A DNA stretch of 64,000 nucleotides from Nanobdellota archaeon. GTDB lineage: Archaea > Nanobdellota > Nanobdellia > Pacearchaeales > JAHJTO01. Each line of letters starts with the position of its first letter. Position 1 is the first letter of the stretch. Where the stretch lies: NCBI GenBank assembly GCA_042572295.1, contig JBHPFA010000004.1:1683-65682 (forward strand), read 5' to 3'. The notes under the pieces are model-generated. The model did not search any database. It was given only the letters and a program-made list of their open reading frames with translations, and was not told the origin of the DNA. Position numbers and translations under genes: made by a program. Positions 21,950-30,629 of the stretch are shown here, one piece after another.

Positions 21950-24900
21950 ATGGAAGAAAACCCTCAAAATGATTTAATAAGTAAATTTGAAGAAGCCGCA
22001 GCTGATGGTGATGAAAATGCTAAAAAATTGCTTGAAAGAGCAAAAAAAAGAGGCCTCTCTACTGAGGCTTTGTTAGCTATAGCGATGCATGAAGAATTTG
22101 ATAAGATCCGTGCAGGCTCCCAACAAAGAAGGAATTTGGGTGAAAGATTAAAGAAGCTTAGAAAAGGAGCTGCATCACAAGTTCTAGAATTTAAGAGAAA
22201 ATTGAATAGAGAGATTGCTGATTTACACTATAACACAAAAACAGATTGGAAAAAATTAACAGACTGGGCAAAGAAAAAAGAAGAAGATTTGAAGAAAAGA
22301 AAAATAAAAAGAGAAGTCAAAAGTGCGATGGATTCTTGCCTTGAACAAGTTTATCTTAAGAAAGCTAAGCAATTAATAAATGAAAAGGGGATGAAAAAAG
22401 GTGACCTAAAAATCCCTATTGAATTGAAGAGAGTTGGAAAAAATAACGGAAGATATGCTGGAGTCAATGGCTTGAAGAAATTTATTGATGAACACAAAAA
22501 TGATAAAGGTAGGGGTGGAGGAGCAATCCGTGCATTGCTTTTCCTTGGAAATTCTGGAGGAGAAGTTAAAGGAGAGCTTATTGATGAGATAGTCAAAGAA
22601 TATCGCCTTCCAGAATTAGAAAACAATCCTAATTGGAAAAAGGTAAACCGACTTAGTGATTGTTTTGGAAAATTCTCAGTAAAAACAAATGATGATGTTG
22701 TTATAGATGCGGAACTACTTGTTGATTATTTGAAAGTTGATGAAAAAGACTTGCCGAATTCAATGAAGAGAATTCTGGACAGAATGGCAATCAACCACTA
22801 TATGCCAATCCATGATAGTAATCCTGGAAAGACTATCAATGATTTAGAAAGAATAGTCAATGGAGATACTGTAAAACTTTCTAAGAGACTTGCATCTAGA
22901 ACTCTTAGGTACTTAAAACAGCTAGAAAAAGTAGATATTCCAGGATTTGGAACGTTGACTAATCAAAAAGATACTCATGGGTATAGATTAAGAAACTTCC
23001 AATTTGATGGAGCAAAGTTTATTTCTGGAAAGAAAAGAGTTCTTGTTGCCGACGATATGGGTATGTTCAAAACTGCACAAACAATATTCGGAAAAGCATT
23101 AATAGAAAAGAAAATTGGAAAGATACCTTCACTTGTTGTTTGTCCTAACATGACAAAAGATCACTGGGTGAAGGAAATTTACAGATGGTATAGAAACGGA
23201 AGAGTACCGAGGGTTGCAGTTATCAAGGGAGATACTGTAGAGATAAAGTCCTCCCCAGATAGTTCTTGTATAGAAAAAAGAAAACTTGATGATATACTGA
23301 ATGAAAAGGATGCTGAGAGAATAAAGAATGATTATGATGTTGATTTTGTTATTGCAAATTATGAATCTTTTTCAAGAGAAAAAGAAGATGGTTCGCTAGC
23401 GCATAAAAGAGATCTTTATCTTAGCAGATTTAATCTAAAACATATAGTCGCTGATGAGGTCCATAATGCTAATCACCCCCATGCATTAAGAACAAAAGCT
23501 CTAAGGGATATAATTAATTCTTCAGAATACGTTACTATGTTATCTGGAACTCCTGTCCCCAATAGCATTTTAGACTTATATATGATCCTTCATTATTTAG
23601 ATCCAAAGAATTTCAATATTGATTTAGACAGTGATGAAAATATTGGTGAAACTATGAAAAATTTCGCTTTTAATTATGTAAGGGATGAAAAATACAGAAA
23701 TGATGTTAAGAAAATCTTGCACTCCAAGATGATTAGAAGAAAGACTGATAGATTCCTTAAGAGAGACGTTCCAAGGCTTGAAAATGAAGGCAATGAGATT
23801 GTTGAAGTACCCTTGTATGGAGATCATCTAAAAGTTTATGAGGAAATATTCAATAATGAGAAGGTAGATGCTTTGGGGGCATTAAACCAACTTAGAAAAG
23901 CTTCATTAGATCCTTTACTTGTAGATCCAAAATATATACAAGATAGAGAACTTAGAAAGAAAGTCAAAAAGGGACTTATTAAATCATGCAAGTACGAGGA
24001 ACTCCAGAAAAGAGTCAAAGAAGCTGTAGATGCTGGAAAGAAGGTTTTGATTTTCAAGAGTTCAGTATTTACAAAGGGAGTAACTAGTAAATACCCTCAA
24101 AGAGGAATCAAAGACCCTTTAGAAAGAGTTTTAGGGGAAGATTATAGAGAATATAATCCAGTAGTTATTGATAAGGACGTAGATACTGATAGCACTGGTA
24201 AGAAGATTAGTAAGAGAAACTTATTGAGACTTAAATTCCAATTTGGAACTGCTGATAAGATAGTTAAACATTTGGCAGATCAAGGAGATTATTATACTGT
24301 TCCTGCAATTGAAGAGAAGTTAAAGGATTTGAATGTTGATCCAAATGTTGATACTAAAGTAATGCTTGCTACTTTGGGAACTATGAATGAAGGAGTTGAT
24401 GTAACTGGTGCGGATGTTATGATTAACTTAGATCTTCCGGATAGACCTTCTGATGTAGACCAAGGAGATAGAAGATCTAGAAGAGTTGGGGAAATTAAGA
24501 AGAAAAGTGTAAGAATTGATAGATTGATTGCAAAAGTTCCTGATTTAAGATCTATGGATGAAGGAATCTATCAAAGAATTATGCAGAAAAAGGAAAATAT
24601 AGCTGCTATCTTTGACCATGTTCCTGTAACAATTGAAGATTTAGTAAATTCTCAAGAAGATAAAATAAAGACTACTTCCCCTGGAATTGATGAAGCAATG
24701 CCTATTAGATGGAAAACAGCAACTGGATTCTTTAATAAGCACACTGGAAAGGGGCAAGAAAAGTTCCAAGAAGATATAGAACTTAAAGAGATAGGAAAGA
24801 GAATTGCAAGAGCACAAGCTTCTAACTTAGAAACTGGTTATGGTGGAAATACTGCAAGAGTTTATACTAAAGTTATTGAAGGACTTGAAAGTGTTTTAGG

Positions 24901-25654
24901 AAAGAAAGATTGTAAATATGCTGATTTAGCCTCTGGACCGGCTACACTTTCTTATTTCTTAAGAAAACCTGTTGATTGTGTAGACATAAATCCATTCACA
25001 CTTAAGCAAGGTCAGAAATTAGCTGCTCCTGGAAGCAAATTCTATCCAGGATTTTTAATAGACTTGCCTAAAGAAATGGGGAGTAAAAAATATGATTTCG
25101 CAGTTTATTCTTTAGCATTGCACTTGCTTGGAGAAAGAAAACAAACGGATCAAGGGATGGTTAGAGAAAGAGAAAAATCCTTAAGAGAAGTTAATAAAAT
25201 CTTGAAGAAAGATGGTTATTTGATTCTTACTGCGCCAGAAGCAAAAATGAATGCTAAAAATGTACCTGAATTTTATGAAGGTTTGGAAAAATTAGGATTC
25301 AAAGTCATTCCTCAATTAAGTGGATTTGTAAAGGCCAAAGAAAAAGGTAAAAAATTCAAAGTGTACATGATTGTTGCACAAAAATATTCAGAACCTAAAA
25401 AGATTGCCCCTGGTAAACATTATTTTAGAATGTCTGAAAGACCCACAATTAGTGGAAATAATGGGACTAAAATAATTTCTAAAAACCAGCCTAGAAAGAA
25501 AGCTACAGATTCTAAAGGAGGCATAAGAGATAAAGGGAGTGAAGAAATGATGAAAGAAAGAAAGATCTGTCGTGAATTCGAGATCTTAAAAGGAAACAAT
25601 TATGGTAGCCTAGTAGATGCTATCAAAAGTTATGTTCAAGGAGGATACAAATGA
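21950..25654 (+). CDS. SNF2-family helicase/ATPase fused to a C-terminal class I SAM-dependent methyltransferase
   Basis: LRNFQFDG (Q motif), LVADDMGMFKT (Walker A variant), LVVCP, IVADEVH, LSGTPVPN, EGVDVTGADVMINLD, QGDRRSRRVG. C-terminal YADLASGP, VDINP, YDFAVYSLALH and LREVNKILKKDGYL. Confidence 0.88.
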   Translation: MEENPQNDLISKFEEAAADGDENAKKLLERAKKRGLSTEALLAIAMHEEFDKIRAGSQQRRNLGERLKKLRKGAASQVLEFKRKLNREIADLHYNTKTDWKKLTDWAKKKEEDLKKRKIKREVKSAMDSCLEQVYLKKAKQLINEKGMKKGDLKIPIELKRVGKNNGRYAGVNGLKKFIDEHKNDKGRGGGAIRALLFLGNSGGEVKGELIDEIVKEYRLPELENNPNWKKVNRLSDCFGKFSVKTNDDVVIDAELLVDYLKVDEKDLPNSMKRILDRMAINHYMPIHDSNPGKTINDLERIVNGDTVKLSKRLASRTLRYLKQLEKVDIPGFGTLTNQKDTHGYRLRNFQFDGAKFISGKKRVLVADDMGMFKTAQTIFGKALIEKKIGKIPSLVVCPNMTKDHWVKEIYRWYRNGRVPRVAVIKGDTVEIKSSPDSSCIEKRKLDDILNEKDAERIKNDYDVDFVIANYESFSREKEDGSLAHKRDLYLSRFNLKHIVADEVHNANHPHALRTKALRDIINSSEYVTMLSGTPVPNSILDLYMILHYLDPKNFNIDLDSDENIGETMKNFAFNYVRDEKYRNDVKKILHSKMIRRKTDRFLKRDVPRLENEGNEIVEVPLYGDHLKVYEEIFNNEKVDALGALNQLRKASLDPLLVDPKYIQDRELRKKVKKGLIKSCKYEELQKRVKEAVDAGKKVLIFKSSVFTKGVTSKYPQRGIKDPLERVLGEDYREYNPVVIDKDVDTDSTGKKISKRNLLRLKFQFGTADKIVKHLADQGDYYTVPAIEEKLKDLNVDPNVDTKVMLATLGTMNEGVDVTGADVMINLDLPDRPSDVDQGDRRSRRVGEIKKKSVRIDRLIAKVPDLRSMDEGIYQRIMQKKENIAAIFDHVPVTIEDLVNSQEDKIKTTSPGIDEAMPIRWKTATGFFNKHTGKGQEKFQEDIELKEIGKRIARAQASNLETGYGGNTARVYTKVIEGLESVLGKKDCKYADLASGPATLSYFLRKPVDCVDINPFTLKQGQKLAAPGSKFYPGFLIDLPKEMGSKKYDFAVYSLALHLLGERKQTDQGMVREREKSLREVNKILKKDGYLILTAPEAKMNAKNVPEFYEGLEKLGFKVIPQLSGFVKAKEKGKKFKVYMIVAQKYSEPKKIAPGKHYFRMSERPTISGNNGTKIISKNQPRKKATDSKGGIRDKGSEEMMKERKICREFEILKGNNYGSLVDAIKSYVQGGYK

Positions 25655-26208
25655 AATACACAGAATTCTTTGCTAGAGATTCAAAAGTTGTCTCAAAACA
25701 ACTTTTAGGAATGGATCTAGTAAGGACTTTTGGAGGAAGCGAAGATAAGAGAGCGACTATTGCAATGGCTAGTGCTTATAATGGCGAAGCTGGAAGACCT
25801 CAAAAAGGTCTTTTATACGCGCCTGGAGAGCTTTACTTGCCATGGTTTAGTGGATTTAGGAAACTTGCAATTGGATCAGACAAAGAGAATAAACCCTCTG
25901 TCATAACAATTGATGCAATAGTAACTCCTAGCGGAAATGTTCTAACTTCTTCAAAGATCTGTGATTACTTTAGGCTAGGTAAGAATAGCGACAAAGAATT
26001 AGTCGTTAATTACAAGAAAAGTGCACCTAGTATCTATGTAATCGGAGAAAGCGGCAACAGTATTAAGGAAGTTGATGAAAAGAGAGCTTCTAACTGTGTC
26101 GGACAATGGTCTTTGAAAGTGTTAGACGCTCTTAGAGGTATTTCCCCTAAAGGGAAAACCAAAAAGAAAGAGAAATTGAAGCTTCTTCAAAAGTACATGG
26201 AAGCATAA
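25651..26208 (+). CDS. degenerate 3-methyladenine DNA glycosylase (AAG/MPG)-like protein
   Basis: FFARDSKVVSKQLLG.DLVR...ATIAMASAYNG...APGELY matches the MPG N-terminus, but IVETEAY has become IAMASAY. 4-bp overlap with the SNF2 gene. Confidence 0.7.
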   Translation: MKYTEFFARDSKVVSKQLLGMDLVRTFGGSEDKRATIAMASAYNGEAGRPQKGLLYAPGELYLPWFSGFRKLAIGSDKENKPSVITIDAIVTPSGNVLTSSKICDYFRLGKNSDKELVVNYKKSAPSIYVIGESGNSIKEVDEKRASNCVGQWSLKVLDALRGISPKGKTKKKEKLKLLQKYMEA

Positions 26209-26237
26209 AACATTTCTCCAGTAGTTTTTAAGCTAAA

Positions 26238-27827
26238 ATGATAAATTTGGAGAAAAAGATAGTTGGAAATACAAAAAATGTAGGTGTGGCTCTGGGAGAG
26301 GTTCAAGGAGAAGAGATTTTGTGTTATACGAAACCTTCTGATGAGCAATTGAAAAAAGATTATGCTGAGTTTAAGTCTTGTAAAAAAATTGGGGAAAAAT
26401 ATGACTTGAATCCTTCAACTATTGCTAGATGGCTGAAAAAAATTGGAGTTGAAAGAAATCGTGGAATAAATAGGCCTTCTGAGGAACAGTTAAGAAAAGA
26501 TTATACTGAATTAAAGTCTACATATAAGGTTGGAGCAAAATATGGCTTATGCCAAAAGACTATTAGTAAATGGTTAAAAGAGGCAGGAATTGATGTTAAA
26601 AACCATAACATAAGAGAAAGTCCCACCAAGAAACAATTAAAGAAAGATTATAAAAGATTAAAGTCAACTCACAAACTTGGAAAAGAATATGATGTAAGCC
26701 AAAGACTTGCCCTTACTTGGTTAAATGATGCAGGGATTGGGGTTAAGAACTGTAGATATTATGAAAGACCTTCTGGGGAACGGTTAAAGAAAGATTATGT
26801 TAAATTAAAAACTTGTGAGAAGGTGGGGGAGAAATATGGGAGACGTCCTAGTACTGTTAATAGGTGGTTAAAGGATATTGGTGTTGAAGTTAAAGATAAT
26901 AGACAAGGGAAAAGACCTTCTGATGAAAAATTAAAGAAAGATTATGTTAAATTAAAAACCTGTGAAAAAGTGGGGAAGAAATATGACGTTTCTAGTGCTG
27001 CTGTTAATAAATGGTTGAAAGCGGCAGGTGTTGAAGTTAAAAGTCATCGTTATTATGACAGACCTTCTGAAGAACAGTTAAAGAAAGATTATGCTGAATT
27101 GAAGTCTATCATTAAGATGGGGGAGAAATATGGTGTAAGAGAAGGTACTGCAAGTAGGTGGTTGAAAGATGTAGGGGTTGAGGTTAAAAGTCACTTATAT
27201 ATTCGTAAGGCTTCTAATGATGAATTAAAAAAATCTTATGAAGAATTAAAATCTACTCGTAAAGTTGGAGAAAAATATGAAATAAGTCCTTCTGCCGTTC
27301 GTATTCGGTTAAATGAAATGGGTGTAGAAACCAAAAACCACAATCATAGGGAAAGGCCTTCTCCAGAACAATTGAAAAAAGACTATAGAGAATTAAAATC
27401 AATTGTCAAGATGGGGGAGAAATATGGTACTAACCCTACTACTGCTGGGGAATGGTTGAATGATATTGGAGTTAAATTGAACAGAGGAATAGATAAGCCA
27501 TCTGATGAACAATTAATAAGAGATTATGCTGAATTGAAATCTGTTGCAAAAATCAGCAAGAAATACGATGTAAGCACCCATACTGCTTATAGGTGGCTGA
27601 AGAAAGGAGGAGGGGTTGAGATTAAAACTCGCGCTAGAGGAAAAAAACCTTCTTATGAGCAATTAAAGAAAGATTATGAAAGATTAAAAGATACTCACAA
27701 GATTGGAGAAAAATATGATGTTAGTACTTCTACTGCTTATAATTGGTTAAAAGGTATAAAAACTGATGGACTAAGGACTGGGAGAAAAAAAGGACTTCTT
27801 GGAAAATTATACATGGAGGGAGATTGA
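26238..27827 (+). CDS. tandem HTH-repeat protein, 10 modules
   Basis: Ten ~49-aa units of RPS.EQLKKDY.ELKS..K.G.KY.v....a..WL...Gv. Ends in GLLGKLYMEGD. Confidence 0.9.
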   Translation: MINLEKKIVGNTKNVGVALGEVQGEEILCYTKPSDEQLKKDYAEFKSCKKIGEKYDLNPSTIARWLKKIGVERNRGINRPSEEQLRKDYTELKSTYKVGAKYGLCQKTISKWLKEAGIDVKNHNIRESPTKKQLKKDYKRLKSTHKLGKEYDVSQRLALTWLNDAGIGVKNCRYYERPSGERLKKDYVKLKTCEKVGEKYGRRPSTVNRWLKDIGVEVKDNRQGKRPSDEKLKKDYVKLKTCEKVGKKYDVSSAAVNKWLKAAGVEVKSHRYYDRPSEEQLKKDYAELKSIIKMGEKYGVREGTASRWLKDVGVEVKSHLYIRKASNDELKKSYEELKSTRKVGEKYEISPSAVRIRLNEMGVETKNHNHRERPSPEQLKKDYRELKSIVKMGEKYGTNPTTAGEWLNDIGVKLNRGIDKPSDEQLIRDYAELKSVAKISKKYDVSTHTAYRWLKKGGGVEIKTRARGKKPSYEQLKKDYERLKDTHKIGEKYDVSTSTAYNWLKGIKTDGLRTGRKKGLLGKLYMEGD

Positions 27828-27828
27828 A

Positions 27829-28470
27829 ATGCCATATAGAAAAGTTGATAGACCTTCTAAGAAACAATTAAGGCAAGATTACAAGGAATTGAAGTCTTGT
27901 GGAAAGATTGGAAAAAAATATGGAGTGAGTAGAATGGGTGCTCTTAATTGGTTGAGATATGCAGGAGTTGAAGTTAGACAATATAATCAAATAGAAGAAA
28001 TTTCTGGAAGACAATTAAGGAAAGATTATAGGGAATTGAATTCTTGTAAAAAAATTGGGGAGAAATATGGAATTAATGGAGGCACTATATCTAAACGATT
28101 AAAGGAATTAGGAGTTAAGATTAAGGAAAATAGAGTTATAGAAAGGCCTCCTAAAAGACAGCTAAAAAAGGACTATAGAGAATTGGGTTCTTGTGGAAAA
28201 ATGGGGGAAAAATATAAAGTGTCTCTCCACACTGTTAGCAAATGGCTAAATGATATTGGAATCGTTGTAAGAAATGGTTATGAAAGACCTTCTAAGGAAC
28301 AATTAAGAAAAGATTATGCTGAATTGAAATCTACAATAAAACTAGGGGAAAGATATAATGTATGTCAAGCGACTGCCCGTAATTGGTTGGTAGAAGAGGG
28401 TATTAAAATGAGAAAAAGATCTCCACCAAGACAAGGTCTTCTTAAAAGAATATACCTGGGGGAAGATTGA
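27829..28470 (+). CDS. tandem HTH-repeat protein, 4 modules
   Basis: Same repeat unit. ATG lies 1 nt after the upstream stop, with GGAGG upstream. Ends in GLLKRIYLGED. Confidence 0.88.
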   Translation: MPYRKVDRPSKKQLRQDYKELKSCGKIGKKYGVSRMGALNWLRYAGVEVRQYNQIEEISGRQLRKDYRELNSCKKIGEKYGINGGTISKRLKELGVKIKENRVIERPPKRQLKKDYRELGSCGKMGEKYKVSLHTVSKWLNDIGIVVRNGYERPSKEQLRKDYAELKSTIKLGERYNVCQATARNWLVEEGIKMRKRSPPRQGLLKRIYLGED

Positions 28471-28471
28471 G

Positions 28472-29248
28472 ATGACAACACCTTATGAAAGACCTCCGAG
28501 AGAACAATTAAAGAAAGATTATACTGAATTGAAATCTTGCACTAAAATAGCTAAGAAATATGGTATAAGTAAAAGCGCAATAGGAAATTGGATGGCTGAT
28601 GCAAAAATTAAACTAAAGGAAGCTCCAAGATATAATAGGCCTTCTGATGAAAAATTAAAAAGTCTTTATGAAGAACATGGCTCAAGTAAGAAAGTCGGAG
28701 AAGTATTGGGAGTTCCTCAAGTAAGAGCCTGGAAATGGTTGAAGAAAGCAAAGATATACATGCCAACAAGTCTTGAAAGGCCTTCTGATGAAAAGTTAAG
28801 GGAACTTTATGAAGAACATAAATCTGCAACAAAGATCGCAGGAGTTTTAGATGTGAGCCCAAAGACAGCATGCAACTGGCTAGAAGATATAGGAGTTAAT
28901 CTAAAATTTATACGTTATAAAAACAAACCATCAGTTGAAGAATTAAAGAGACTCTATAAAAAACATAATTCAGGTAATAAAATAGCTGCAGAATTAGGAG
29001 TAGGATCCCAAGCAGTAAGAAAATGGCTAGAGAAACACAAAATCCAAAAAACAAGGGTCAAAAGGCCCCCTTACAAACAGTTAAAGAGAGATTATATTAA
29101 ATTGAAGACTCCTAAGAAAATTGGAGAAAAATATAGTGTTAGGCCTTCTACTATTTATGCTTGGTTTAGAGAGTTAGATATTGGAACAAAAAGAAAATCT
29201 CCTACAAAATCTGGCCTTCTTGGAAAATTATACATGGAGGGAGATTGA
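28472..29248 (+). CDS. tandem HTH-repeat protein, 5 modules
   Basis: Same repeat unit; modules 2-4 are a subtype (LYEEH.S..KIA.vLgV). Ends in GLLGKLYMEGD. Confidence 0.88.
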   Translation: MTTPYERPPREQLKKDYTELKSCTKIAKKYGISKSAIGNWMADAKIKLKEAPRYNRPSDEKLKSLYEEHGSSKKVGEVLGVPQVRAWKWLKKAKIYMPTSLERPSDEKLRELYEEHKSATKIAGVLDVSPKTACNWLEDIGVNLKFIRYKNKPSVEELKRLYKKHNSGNKIAAELGVGSQAVRKWLEKHKIQKTRVKRPPYKQLKRDYIKLKTPKKIGEKYSVRPSTIYAWFRELDIGTKRKSPTKSGLLGKLYMEGD

Positions 29249-29249
29249 G

Positions 29250-29903
29250 ATGGGAGTACCTTGGAATAAAAAAGATAGACCTTCTGATGAACAGTTAAGG
29301 AAGGATTATACTAAATTTAGATCTATTACAAAGATGGGTAAGAAATATGAAGTAGCTCAATGTACTGTTTATAAATGGTTGAAAGAAGCAAAAATTGAAA
29401 CTCCTATGAGTTACAAAAGACCTTCTGATGAACAATTAAAAGAAGATTATAGGAAATTGAAATCTAGTACCAGAATCGGGAGGAAATATGGTGTTAGTGG
29501 AGGTGCTGTTCTAAAATGGTTGAAAAAATCTAAGATTGAAGCTAAAAGCCGTCTTTACAAAGAAAGACCTTCTGATGAACAATTGAGGAAAGATTATACT
29601 AAGTTGAAGACTACTAAAAAAGTTGGAAATAAATATGAGATTCACCAAGGAACTGCCCATAGGTGGTTGAAAAAAGCAGGAATCGAAACTAAAAACCAGA
29701 ATTATAAAGACAGACCTTCTGATGAGCAGCTGAAGAAAGACTATGCTGAGTTGAAATCCACTCGTAAAATCGGAAGAAAGTATAGAATTAGTCAAAGAGC
29801 TGCACTTGATTGGTTATTGGCTGGGGGAATTGATATTAAAGACTCTAACAATAAATTAAAACTTCAAGGCCTCCTTGGAAAATTATACATGGAGGGAGAC
29901 TGA
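29250..29903 (+). CDS. tandem HTH-repeat protein, 4 modules
   Basis: Four RPSDEQL units. ATG lies 1 nt after the upstream stop. Ends in GLLGKLYMEGD. Confidence 0.88.
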   Translation: MGVPWNKKDRPSDEQLRKDYTKFRSITKMGKKYEVAQCTVYKWLKEAKIETPMSYKRPSDEQLKEDYRKLKSSTRIGRKYGVSGGAVLKWLKKSKIEAKSRLYKERPSDEQLRKDYTKLKTTKKVGNKYEIHQGTAHRWLKKAGIETKNQNYKDRPSDEQLKKDYAELKSTRKIGRKYRISQRAALDWLLAGGIDIKDSNNKLKLQGLLGKLYMEGD

Positions 29904-29906
29904 AAT

Positions 29907-30530
29907 ATGGAAAAAATAACTTTGAAATATATACATGAAACTTTCAATGAAGGAAAGGATAGAAGGGGCTATGCTCTTTCTCCGCTTAAATTCATTGAAA
30001 GACATCCAGAGATAGCTACAGCAATATATAATGGAAAGGTTCCTGAACTTAGAAATGTAGCTCATCTTTACAGAATAAGAGGTCTAGACCCAACTAAAGG
30101 AGACGTTTTATCTAAAGAAGAGATTAGAAGAAGAGTATATCCTCATGTTAAAAAGATAATTGCGCCAACTAGAGAAAAAATGGTAGAGATAGATCCTGCT
30201 GTGATTTTTTCAATCATACATGGAGGTTATGATCCAAAAAAGAGGACTTGGATAGGATTTTTGAAAGCAGAAGGATTTATACAAAATAATAAAAATGTTG
30301 GAAGGAAAATACAAATAACTGAAGAAATGATAGATAATGCCTATGATGGTTGTATGGATAAAAATGGGGAGAGTTATATGCCAAGCATATTAGAGATGAA
30401 AAAAGAATTAAAGAAAGACTATTCTGGCGCATTAGAAAGAATGGGAATGACACATACTGGATTTATAGCTTTAAGGAGAATGGGTGGAAGATTAGGCAAG
30501 GCGCCTAGTGGATTAGAGAAGAAACTATAA
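29907..30530 (+). CDS. helical-repeat hypothetical protein
   Basis: About three loosely repeated units (e.g. PTREKM...SIIHGGYDPKKRTWIGFL), similar to 21430-21882. Confidence 0.7.
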   Translation: MEKITLKYIHETFNEGKDRRGYALSPLKFIERHPEIATAIYNGKVPELRNVAHLYRIRGLDPTKGDVLSKEEIRRRVYPHVKKIIAPTREKMVEIDPAVIFSIIHGGYDPKKRTWIGFLKAEGFIQNNKNVGRKIQITEEMIDNAYDGCMDKNGESYMPSILEMKKELKKDYSGALERMGMTHTGFIALRRMGGRLGKAPSGLEKKL

Positions 30531-30629
30531 AAAATTGAAAAGAAATATAGTGTTGATTCTATACAGTTTCTAGGTCGTTAGAACTATAGGAAAGTTTATA
30601 AGTGATTACCACTACAAAATAGTATCAAA

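Larger units (their letters stand above)
21847..29903 (+). repeat. dispersed 36-bp gene-end repeat encoding GLLGKLYME(G/S)D-stop (5 copies)
   Basis: Copies at 21847-21882, 27792-27827, 28435-28470 (diverged), 29213-29248 and 29868-29903, with a degenerate copy at 26179-26208. Confidence 0.92.

Noticed and set aside
26760-27060. Diversity-generating retroelement as the source of HTH variability
   Set aside because: There is no reverse transcriptase in the window, no non-coding template repeat, and differences between near-identical modules are not adenine-specific.
26330-29830. Recurrent AGACCTTCTGATGAAC at ~147-bp spacing, suggestive of a CRISPR array
   Set aside because: The repeats are degenerate, in-frame coding units with a period too long for CRISPR. 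No cas genes or leader are present.
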